A stretch of 64,000 bases of DNA. It comes from Paraphysomonas bandaiensis. Taxonomy: Eukaryota > Protista > Chrysophyceae. A program made the translations under genes and the position numbers. The stretch's first letter is position 1. Each line of letters opens with the position of its first letter. The notes under the pieces were generated by a model. The model was not told where the DNA came from, searched no databases, and saw nothing but the letters and a program-made list of their open reading frames with translations. The stretch spans positions 62,001 through 126,000 of the forward strand of contig CBFFRP010000019.1 in assembly GCA_965644295.1 (NCBI GenBank). Direction: 5' to 3'. Positions 1 to 10,746 of the stretch are shown piece after piece.

Positions 1-498
1 TAATGGTACTAAAAATAGGTCAAATACTGAAAATGGTAAACGAAATCTACGCCGAAATTTCTTTGCCACTGATGAGGATGGATCATTTATTCTCCTGTGG
101 GTGATCATCTTACCCCATTCAGTTTTCCAAATGTCCACAACTTCATTCTCTCCTGATTCAGTGTCGTTTGTATGTGTCCTTCTCTGTCTCTTTAATGGTG
201 ATTGAAGGGATGCAGAGGATGCAGAGGATGTAGAGGATTCTGTATCTCTTGTAATGAAATCAACAACTATCTGTATAGCCAACTCACGAACATCAAGATT
301 TCGTAATCCTTTACAAGTATATATCATATTGCTAATATCGTATATATTAATATGTATGATACACTATATATACACACTATATATGTATCATTCCACATAT
401 ATATGCTACATGCATGTACATCTTCATATTCTTATAGCGGCTGTGAGAAGGAAGTGTGTGGAAGTATAGATTTTGGGATTTAAGGATTTAGGGATTTA

Positions 499-2832
499 TC
501 CTACCACACAAGTCCAGAAAAATGATTCTGTTTTTTTGTATGGGAGTGTGTGTAGGAGGGGGTTGAAGTGGAGATGGTCTGCAGAATTCAGCGTTTATGT
601 AGGTGATTCAGCGTTAATGTAGGTCCCTCTTAACGACCATATCGAGCGTATGGCTGCATAAAGGTACTTATATATATTATATTCTTGTAGAGGACTCTTA
701 TTACTACTACGTGCCTTACTGACAATATCTACCGTGTGTAATCAGATCAGTATTCCCAGTGAATAAGCGAACGTCATGAAATAACAAATATGTTCCAGTG
801 GCCACCATAAGGCGCGATGACAACACCTAAGAACTGTTTAAGTCTCGATATTAGGCAGTCTAATATCCCCTACCTCTCATTGGGTGGCTTCATACTCCAC
901 TACGTTTGCCACAAAGGTGTCTGGTATTACACTTACCAGGGTCAGTCAGAGCAGTGTAAATTGATTGATGATAATTAGAATTGTTGTAGTTTCATAGAGA
1001 TATGCACAAACAGGTGATGGGGGAGTGCTTAATGCCTGTCAGTTGTTGTTTTTGCGATCCGAGCCAGGAAATGCATTGACTGTGGCCAAACATTACTGCC
1101 TTCGAATTGATTGGCAATCGAAGCAAGCCTTTGTAGTGCTACAGTTGAGAGACGTGCTGATGCGTATGCCGAACGGCAATGTCAGTGATACCGTCAAATT
1201 ATTTTTTAATGTTTGCATGTGTTGAAACGTTAAATATCGGGATGTACCAAAACCTTCATAAGATCAATTAGAAGCATATCGAGAGGACAAAACAAGAGTT
1301 ATTATTGATAGTGATCCAAGTCAAGAACTATCCAGTATCAAGAATTATAGTCCAAAGCTTCATGGAATGTACAACTTGTGAAAGGTTTAAACTTGGCACA
1401 AAGGTGTACATGAATTTCTAAATGAGAAAGCAAAGAAATTAATTTCGATTAGTTTGGATATATATATTTTTAGTAAGCCAATCTTGCCTATGATTATTAT
1501 TTCCGTAATTAAGTGTTTGAATCATCGCTTGGGGGTGTTGAAGTGCTGTCCGAGATAGTTTCCGGTAGTTTTAATATTTATAGATTTTGTAGTGCGTATG
1601 TATTGTGTTATATCCACACATTAAACTACAACCAACTCCATATTGGGGTAATAATATAATAAAAGCATACCGGGGTACTGGGGGGAGGTTGTAAGGCAGT
1701 GAGGTAGCATACATGGGTGCCTTGGCTAGTGGCTATACCTAGGCAGTACGGAGAATTAGGAGAGAGAAGTGCATAATATTCAATTGTTATAAAACATATA
1801 TATATATAATTTCAAGATTATGAAAGCATTATAGACATAGCATAGAGTGTACATTAATGCTTTGGTTTCCTCTGGGGGTGATATGGGGCCTGATGGGGTG
1901 GTGCATGTAAGTGCTTGTGACTGGGGTAAAATGTATAATTAGTAGTTGGTGGGATAAGAGTTTCCATATGTGTCAACATGTGTATAAAACCAAAATATAG
2001 CTAAAAATACAATGTTCATATTGTATACAATGTACTTGTCATTTTTTTCATCATCTGGAGGTCACCTAACAGCCTCTGGTGGTTGACATATTGAGGAGAA
2101 CTATATCTGTATTGGAATAGTAAATTACAAGCTTATTATTATTATTTCTTGGGTTATCTGCTGTCAACGTATATATACTTATGATTTATATGTTTTTACG
2201 GTGTCTATGAAGGTGTACTCGGCTCAAGGGCTCACTGTGATTAATACTGGTGATATGCACATTAAGGGTGTGAGCGTGTGTCAATGTGTTTCAACTCTGT
2301 ACATATTTTCATGCTCTCTCTATAGAAAAGATAAATGTTATACGCTCTATGAGTATAAATATATATAGACTCCGTATATTTAAGTCAACTTTTGGCCTTC
2401 TACTGCTCTTGTTCTTCATACATACCAGATCGCCTGCTTGCTCAATAAGATGCTTAATAACGACTGGAATGACCCACTTAATGATGCCGCGAATAAACAT
2501 CGTCTTATCTTTCCTTTAAAGGGTTGTGACATTGCTGTCTTATGTCGATATTGTCTTGTAATTGTTGCTTTCTGTTAATGTGTCTATCTTGTCTTTTATC
2601 TCTTCCACAGATAGAGCTCCATTATTGGGGTAAACCGTATGCAATAAATTACCTTTTTTACATCTACCCTTTTCTTAATAGAATGCTGTATTTTTAGGGT
2701 AAAATGGGTAAAAATAGTAAAAATGGGAGAAAAAAATAAATTGCCGCCATCCTTTAAACTGAGGTGTGATGAATAGTGAGTGGTGATGATGAGTGAGAAC
2801 TTTTCTCGTTTTTCTGGACTTGTATGGTAGGA
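499..2832. mobile_element. Non-autonomous/decayed TIR DNA element (~2.3 kb), superfamily unassigned
   Basis: TCCTACCACACAAGTCCAGAAAAA (499-522) is the reverse complement of TTTTTCTGGACTTGTATGGTAGGA (2809-2832) with 1 mismatch. The same 5-mer ATTTA flanks both ends (494-498, 2833-2837). The interior has a stop-riddled coding-like frame (~1016-1440). Confidence 0.7.
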
Positions 2833-3844
2833 ATTTAGGGATATAATAATGGCGGATACCAATTCCTAAATCTTCTACAGGTGGCGTATCTACTGTACAC
2901 CAGGTACATACTACTCTGGATACTCGTAGTGTACAATCATACAAATATGCTTTCTGTTTATTGGAATACGGGATTTCTGAACAACGAATTCTGAAAATTC
3001 TGTGTTTTGTAGAGAGTGGGTGGGTAAAATTCAGTGTTTTGTGTAGTGGGTAGGTGCAATTGAGTGGTATACACAAGGAAGGTCTTCTCAAAGCATTTCT
3101 TAAGATCTAATTCTTGCCCTTGAAGAGATCTTCAATGAAGCTCGCCTTTACTTCCAAAGAAAGGGCTTGGAAACCATACTTGCAATGAAGAGACTTACTT
3201 GTTGTTACTCGATTAAAGTCTCTACTCACAGAAATTGATAATGATGCGCAAAACACTATTATTCGTTACTATTAGCTCGTCCTTAGCGAGGTCGGCCCTG
3301 ATTCTGTTGCCAACTTTTCCAAGGATTCAGTCCTAACTACAGAACCGCCACATGAATGTGTTATACAGTGTCGTGAATATATTGCTATATGGAAATCACG
3401 TCTCGAGACAGCGATTCGTGAGAAAACTTATGCTCTTGTTGGTGAACTTTTGAAAAAGAGAGGGCCTCAGCAACGAAAAAAGCTGATGAAGGTTAATATG
3501 ACTGCTCAAATTTAGGCATAGTGTAATATCACCTCTTAATTCAACGTTATTTGCAAGTTAAATCCGCACGTAGATGTGACATAAGACATAAGACATAAGA
3601 CATAACTACTTTCATCATTTTAGTCGTCGTTGTTTGAAAGAAATTTCTGTAAATAATATTATTCGAACCATTGTTATTCTCTCAATACATCGATCATATA
3701 TTGAAAGTCTTATTATTAGCAATAGGCATTAAAAATCTGAACTATTAGGGTTAGGGTTATAACTCAACAAAATTAATGGCACTACATGCTCATCACTTAG
3801 CTGAACTACGTACTACAACTCAAAAGGTATAGCTAACCAATATA

Positions 3845-4155
3845 TGTTGAAATCTGAAGATTCTAAATCCTTGCAATTGAGTGAAGTATTATATGTGAGA
3901 GGTAAGGGTGAAAAATATATCTATATGTAATTAGTACATTATATATATAGTAGTATTAAGTAAACTGAAGTAGAAGTTGGTGACTATACACTATACAGGA
4001 TACGATTACTGAGTGTGTGGTTCGTACACTATAGAAGTAAATGATTGATGTTGAGCACACTGAAGTCAACCTAGGTTCTTTATCATGTAAGGTTATAATT
4101 ACAATCATATCAATTGAGAACAGCAAACCTTAGCAAATAATGTTAACCTCTGTTA
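3845..4155 (+). mobile_element. Solo LTR related to the copia element at 27864-33154
   Basis: Colinear, diverged match to that LTR (TGTTGAaATCTGAAGATTCTA...TGTAATTAGTACATTATAT...GGTTCTTTATCATGTAA...AAACCTTAGCAAATAATGT...CTGTTA). Flanks ATATA/ACATA look like a 5-bp TSD with one mismatch. No internal coding sequence. Confidence 0.88.
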
Positions 4156-4280
4156 ACATATATAGCTAAAAGCTAAAATATTCTCTGAAACGACAAAGTT
4201 GACTTCAGCACCATTAAATAAAATTAGCGCATTTATTAATCAATGTTTCATGATTCACGTAAAATCGTTCATACTACATA

Positions 4281-6403
4281 CTACACTATTGGATTTCGTT
4301 CGCTTTCTAGCTGTACTTCTTTGTGATTTATGCCACTGCTATTTGAGTGCACACATCGACGATACGTAGAGTAAATAGTATATCCCACCACAATAACACC
4401 AATTACAGACAGTATGAAAATAATATTTTTACCAGGCATATTATTTGTGTCGCTGTGACCTGATGACTGTGGTATATTCCAAGTCACTTCCTCATTGTTT
4501 TGAGTGATTACCATGTTGTCGTATACCTCTCCGTCAGTGACACATGTCCACTCCCACTCTAACAGTGATGCATTGACCGCTGTTACCCGCGCATACCCAT
4601 ACTGGAAGAGAACCTTCTCATTCCAAATTGGGGTAGGATTTTCAGTACCAGTTGAAAACTTAGCACCTCCCGTACCCGTTACTATATGCACAGTTGCCTG
4701 AGGATTTTCGTGCCACGCGACAGTCTTTCCACTATATTCACGCTCTGATGATGCCTGAACGACAGTGCGGTTTAACACAGCACTCTGCCGCTGCATGGCA
4801 TGATTGTGTCCCTATATCGACAAAACATTATACAATATGGAGTTTCATAATAACTATATTCACCCAAAATGCAATATTGACACGATACTTCCACAGAAGG
4901 GGCTCCAGATGGTATATTAAGTTGTTGGACACCACTATATCTGAATCCCATGAACAACAATAGTCTGAGTTTATGTACATCGGTCTATGCCCACCGAACA
5001 CTATCCATGGTGTCCGAGAACGATTTACAACCCGCAGGTCATTCTCAAGCCACTGGTATTGAGCTGAGCCAATGAAATAGTCATGCTCCGTGCTGATACC
5101 AACAAGATGGATAAGACCAATATCATAGCTCCACCTACAGCTGGATATTACGGGTAAATAGGTGAATAAAACGAATCCCTCACCATGGCTCATGTAGTGA
5201 AGACGGATCGGGCATTGGCAACAGCGCATCCACTGTCACACCACACTCTCCACCACTGTCTCCGTATCTTCCACGCTTGTTATCTCCAGCGTATACGGCA
5301 TCCGTGTTAGGGCAGTCACTTTCATGATTTCCCATGTTTACAAAAAATAAAGCCGCAGAAGATATTGGGGAGAACATATCCAGAAAAAAGTCCCATACAC
5401 AAATGATTCCAGTGGCATAGGAGATATCACCCCCTAAATACACTGCATCTACTGAGCCAGTATCCACTTCCGCACCAAGTTGCATTGCCAGGTCAATAGA
5501 AGGTCGTCCGTATTCATTCCATGTAAAACTATCGTCGGTGGAGCCACGTCCCATATCCGCGAAAACTACTACTCGAGTTGGGCGGTCTGGCGGCTGGACT
5601 CCAGGCAAAGGAGGTACTAGAAAAATATACTCTTTGCTCCACGTGCTAGTTGTTGCATCCCCGAACGTGTAATATATTTTACTACCTGCTAATGCCTTCA
5701 TACCGTGGAGATAAGCCGAGTGAATGAGCCCAAGATCCCTCCAGCCAGTGGCGTTTGCATACGTCCCACCCATCTGAGTCCGATTGACGATGCGGGTACT
5801 GGCTACTTCGATGTGGGAATAACTACCTGAGTCAATACCCCATTTTACTGTAGGAGATACACTCGTAGCTGAGGACCACATCAAACGAAATGTATCAGTG
5901 TCTCCAGTTGCAAGCATGCGTGGACGGAGAGGTTCATTTATATCTGCAAATGAGACATTTGAACTGGATATATTCACCATCACTGGGACATCAAGTCCAT
6001 TCTTGAAATAATAAAATGCAATATCAGCCCTCAAATTTGTGAAATTGAACCTAAGAGATCCTTCTCCCATTGATAAGTAGTTATCATCTTCGTTGCACCA
6101 AGCATATTTGACGGGTACTGTTGAGGTTATATCGACATTAGCGGGACTATAGGCACCAATCCAGTCATTCTCATCTGGACTATTGGAGTTAAAAGATACC
6201 ACCACAACATCACTACTATTAATGATTAATGGTGATAGTGATTGTATAATATATTTATTATCTTGTTCTGTGTGTAGTTTAATAGCTGAGGGGTTTAATA
6301 GTTGAAACTCATTGACCATATCCAGTTCATAGGGAAACATGTGCTTGCTGAGTGTTGGAATGATGAGAGATATTAGAAAAATGACTATAAAATAAAGAAA
6401 CAT
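4281..6403 (-). CDS. Purple acid phosphatase / nucleotide pyrophosphatase-phosphodiesterase-like metallophosphoesterase, type I membrane topology
   Basis: Three exons 6403-5184, 5134-4864 and 4811-4281 (GT-AG introns of 49 and 52 nt). Metal-binding motifs DMG, GDISY, GNHE, GGH and GHNH, the last just after intron 2. N-terminal DWIGAYSP/FN3-like region, signal peptide, C-terminal TM helix (IIFILSVIGVIVVGYTIY). Confidence 0.93.
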
Positions 6404-6450
6404 GATAATATGATAGATGATAGATATAAGGGTTAGGTTAATTGGATATC

Positions 6451-6485
<35 letters not shown>

Positions 6486-8800
6486 AGAGTTAAGTGCCTG
6501 AAAAAGCAGTGCAGTTGTGTTGTGTTGTGGTATAAATATACTGTGAAATATTAAAAAATCATCGTTTTTTCACTTTTCAATAAGATAGATAGATATCTAT
6601 AGGATCTTATGGAGTCATGACTGCTGTGTGGGACTGTATACTTTAAATCGACGTGGCAGCCCACAGTAAAGCAAGAACCCTATTTGTGAAAAACGACGAT
6701 ATTATTGAACTCTGTGTACTGTGTACGTATCAACGTAGTGGCGGAAAAAACTGTATAAAACTGTGCCCATTTTTTTTCAGTTTATATCCCATTCCAGACA
6801 CCGTATTCTGGTATTACACACAGTTTCATAGTTTAAGGTCCCCTCCATATGTCAATCATGTGCTCAAACAATGAGACACATATCACATAAACACACTGGG
6901 TTACCAATAGAACATGCAATTCTGGAGGTGTGGAGTCCAACTTCCACAACTTTTGGTGGAAATTTGCTTGTAAGATTGCAATTGTTATCCTGCATCAAAA
7001 GTCACAGCTATGGAGGGAGAGCTCCTGAACTCACTGTGTGGTATATAGCAGAGATCAGTTGATGAAAATAATGTTGTGATAGCAAAGATGAGATTGTGAA
7101 TACTGATTCTGGATTCATTGATAAACGGTCAAGATATATGTACAGGCCATTATAGGAGGATCTGTCCTAATTGCATCTTCCTTGTTGCACTTAATGGTCC
7201 CACATGCCTTCCAATTCAAGGAATCGTGAGCATTCTTAATGTTTGAGTGATATGAAATCTTCATACTGAGTTTCGTCTTTTATTTTGTTGGAATTAAGTT
7301 CTTTCGAAGCTCTTTGCTGTACGGACATCCATGGTCCCAAACCCCTACAACCACGGGTGTAGTTTTCCTATTTTTCAGTAAATTTAACCCCAATGACTGT
7401 TTATGGTACTGTTATAATGGTTTGGTTAATATAAGTATGCTTTGGTGAATATTAAGGTCATATTGGATGAGTTGATACTTTGCAGATGCAACATAATACG
7501 CACGTATGTCACTTGTGGCGCTATGTCGTATGGTATGGTATCAACCCTACCCAATCGAATTGGATGTTTGTAATGAGTTATTATAACTAATTTACTTTAT
7601 TTCCTTTTTCAGGTTATAATGTCCTTCATTGTTGGTCTGGAATTGCGATTATATGTAGATAACTTATGCGAATTTATAGGTTACACTTTTGGAATACGTA
7701 TGGTTCTCTAAGATAGTACTGTATAATACGTTAAATACAATGTGAAAAACAGTAATACGTAGTCAATAGTCAAAGGTGCTATATAGCTATAACTGTGAAA
7801 CTGAAGTATTATATCATGACGATTCAAGATACGGAAGTTGAGCAGTGGTTGACATGAACGAAATAATTTATCATGTTGTTGACATGTGTTACATGACAAC
7901 ACACACAATTGTGTATACAATTATAATAAAGTAATCTATCTAGTTTGACTAACTTAAACTTCTCTTACAACGATCTTAATCATCTGAAAATGGTCAATTG
8001 TCAATATATACTTATGCGAGTTACGACGGTATAAAAATGGCAGACAACAGTTGTATCGACTTGTAGGATACGTGACCCCTTTATTATTGATTCTTAGATA
8101 GAGTACCTTCATTATATTGCAATAAGCTTCTGTAATTTACGATACCAATGACTTCTACTACCACTACACCGTTACATATCATCTCTGATAACCTCACCCA
8201 CAACCTATTTATATATAATATTATTGTTATCCTGACCGTTTAGTTGATATTAGTGGTTTAAGAACAACATTCTTGTTCTTACCATTATATTCTATACAAA
8301 ATCGAGTTAACTAGTCACTTGTTATAAGCAGATAAATAACGCCACGAGAGTGTCACTACAAGCTATTATTACAAAACATTTCACATGTGACCAACATTAA
8401 CATCTCATGAGATACAAATACAAACAGAATTTGTCATAATCCTCGACACATAAGGTTGGGTTTCTGTTCAGTATTTCCTCAAATATATACTTTGGTTTTC
8501 GTCATTTATTTGGTTTTCGGTCTTCGAGTTGAACTTCGTTTTTCAGTTTGACTTCGACTTGAACTTCGTTTTTTCAGTCTCACTTTGACTTCGTCTTTGT
8601 TTTTATTGTAGTGTTGTGTAGCGACATAGAGAGATTGAATGTTTGTTCATTCTTGTCGGTCGATGTAAATTTAATTATATCAAAGAGCACTTACGGTTTG
8701 TTTGTATTTCTGGCAGTGCGCCCGTTGTTGCGCCTGGACAGTGTCGTCTGCCCGCTGGCGCATACTATTAGGTCGTAGACAAGAGATATAACTTTTCTTA

Positions 8801-9350
8801 GTGCACTTGCTTTGGATCACGGCTTATGATTCAATTGGGACACAGAAAAGTTTCATTTTTCATGTAATAATCAGATCTTTATATAGGAAGAATCCAGAGG
8901 AGCAGATTCAATTCTTGGAAGACATTATCTCACACGTATCTGCTGGACGCATTGTGGATATTGATGGAATGGTCCAAAGCTCAGATAACTTTTCAGCAAG
9001 ATGTGGTTGGGCATCAAGAGGTGAAGATTGTGAACGCGCACAAATTCAGATAGTTGGCCGTCTTTTCGCTATTCACGCTGGATACACTGAATTGGGATTT
9101 TTAGCGTGGCATATCTTTGAAGAGGTACTGTCTCCGATAACGAAGTATTTTTTTCTTGAAGTCGATTGCGCCGTTACTTAACGATGAAGCATATGGTTTA
9201 TTTGATAATGCTGCTAATCAGTGAACAGAATGGTGATACTTTTCGAGAATATTACATGTATTGTACGACTCTCGCAGCTCTAAACAGGAAGCCTTCATCA
9301 GCATGATGGTATAGTCCGATCAATTGGTTGAACTCTTCAACCTGTCGAGC
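8801..9350 (+). pseudogene. Degenerate IS630/Tc1-like (DDE_3) transposase fragment
   Basis: IVDIDGM...CGWASRG...IVGRLFAIHAGYTELGFLAWHIF, followed after a frameshift by YGLFDNAANQ*. These resemble the first-D and DNA.H motifs of IS630/Tc1 transposases. Stops and frameshifts present; no TIRs identified. Confidence 0.55.
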
Positions 9351-10108
9351 ATAATCTATAGGAATCCATCACATGAGGAAACACTCTCATCAAATGTAAG
9401 CATAATGGACACGACTTCTGATCACTTGCACCCTCATCGATAGCACTGCACCCCCATATCCACACAATCTAGACACAGTACTGAATCACCGTGCTCACGC
9501 TCCATCCACACGCGATAGTAGACATCATTCTTCTAATTATGCGGGGTCTCTTCAGAGGGTTCATACATGCATAAACCACAATAACAGCCATATCTTTTCC
9601 AGTCTTCGAGTCTAACTTTTCTTCTTTCCTTTTTTTATAAATTCATTCGCCTTTTATAAAAACTTTTCTTGTAAATACTACTGCTTTTATTTTCTACTGC
9701 GTACATATGTTTCTACTGTACAAAGCAGTATCACTGGTCTTTTCTCGAGCCCTACAAGCCGTATGGACTCTTGCTTCTCTGTCCAGTTACACTCCAATGG
9801 TCACACTTCAGCAGTTGTTTCCAACTACCATCCGCTACCATGTCAAGTTATGCCACAATTGGATGATTTACTAAGTTAACTGGACGTGTATTCACTCATT
9901 AAGCTTGTTATTATAAAAATTATAATCAACATCTCTTCTCATTTATCAATTTCATGTCATCTCTACGACCAATCATTTCTCGTACGATTTTACATCGACA
10001 CTATCTTGTATGATCAATATATTATATTCAGTTTCATTACTACAGTAGCTAGTAGCTACCATGTTGTTAGAGTTCTCATAATACTGTTAACCACTACTGT
10101 ATCCTTCG

Positions 10109-10238
10109 ACTAATGGTCATAATTCCAATACCTTTGAATTACAGCTTTTAATTGCTCTAACAGCAAAACTCAACTAATGGTCATAATTCCAATACCTTTG
10201 AATTACAGCTTTTAATTGCTCTAACAGCAAAACTCAAC
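10109..10238. repeat. Perfect 64-bp tandem duplication
   Basis: ACTAATGGTCATAATTCCAATACCTTTGAATTACAGCTTTTAATTGCTCTAACAGCAAAACTCA starts at both 10109 and 10173. Confidence 0.93.
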
Positions 10239-10549
10239 AGCGTTGACGCGGTGACACACAAGCAGCTATCGTAGCGTTACATAGTAGGATATGAGAATTT
10301 GTACTAGTTAGTTTCAGGTAGAAGTCTATCTATCTTGACTAGTTTTCATCTAGCTACTTTTCTGGTGCAGGTTCTTGACGCCTATTGCTAATAATAAGAC
10401 TAGTTGGCAGGTACTGTTACAATTTAATGGATAAAGTGGATAGTTTTAAATTTTTATTAGTAAAGTACAGTATTATTAATATTTTTATAATATTAGAGTG
10501 TTAGGATTAGCGTAGGAAGAAAGTCTAAGTGGCTTGAACGCACCCTTGC

Positions 10550-10677
10550 CAGGGCCTGGTAACCATTAATGGCCCATTAATGGTATGCTGCGCGCTGCCG
10601 CCACGCGGGCGGCAACATCGTGTAGTCCAGTTCCCGGCAATTATAATGGCATTACCATTAATGGTTACCAGGCCCAG
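10550..10677. mobile_element. 128-bp hAT-type MITE
   Basis: 23-bp TIRs CAGGGCCTGGTAACCATTAATGG ... CCATTAATGGTTACCAGGCCCAG (1 mismatch). Perfect 8-bp TSD ACCCTTGC at 10542-10549 and 10678-10685. An 8-bp TSD with a CAG terminus is typical of hAT elements. Confidence 0.9.
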
Positions 10678-10746
10678 ACCCTTGCTGCCTCCTCCTCTCT
10701 GTGTGTAGGACGATAAAGGGTTTATTGCTTTCCAGGCAACTTTTAG

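Noticed and set aside
3100-3515. Coding-like + strand frame (LKSLLTEIDNDAQ...IWKSRLETAIREK)
   Set aside because: Interrupted by stops and frameshifts with no recognisable family; probably a TE or gene relic but unsupported.
3577-3605. (GACATAA)4 minisatellite
   Set aside because: Short simple repeat with no evident significance.
8490-8600. Short repeats (TTGAACTTCGTTTTTCAGT, TTTGGTTTTCG) as a possible left end of the Tc1-like relic
   Set aside because: No matching inverted end or TSD was found downstream.
10109-10238. Possible CRISPR-like repeat
   Set aside because: Two adjacent copies with no spacer, in a eukaryotic context with no cas genes.
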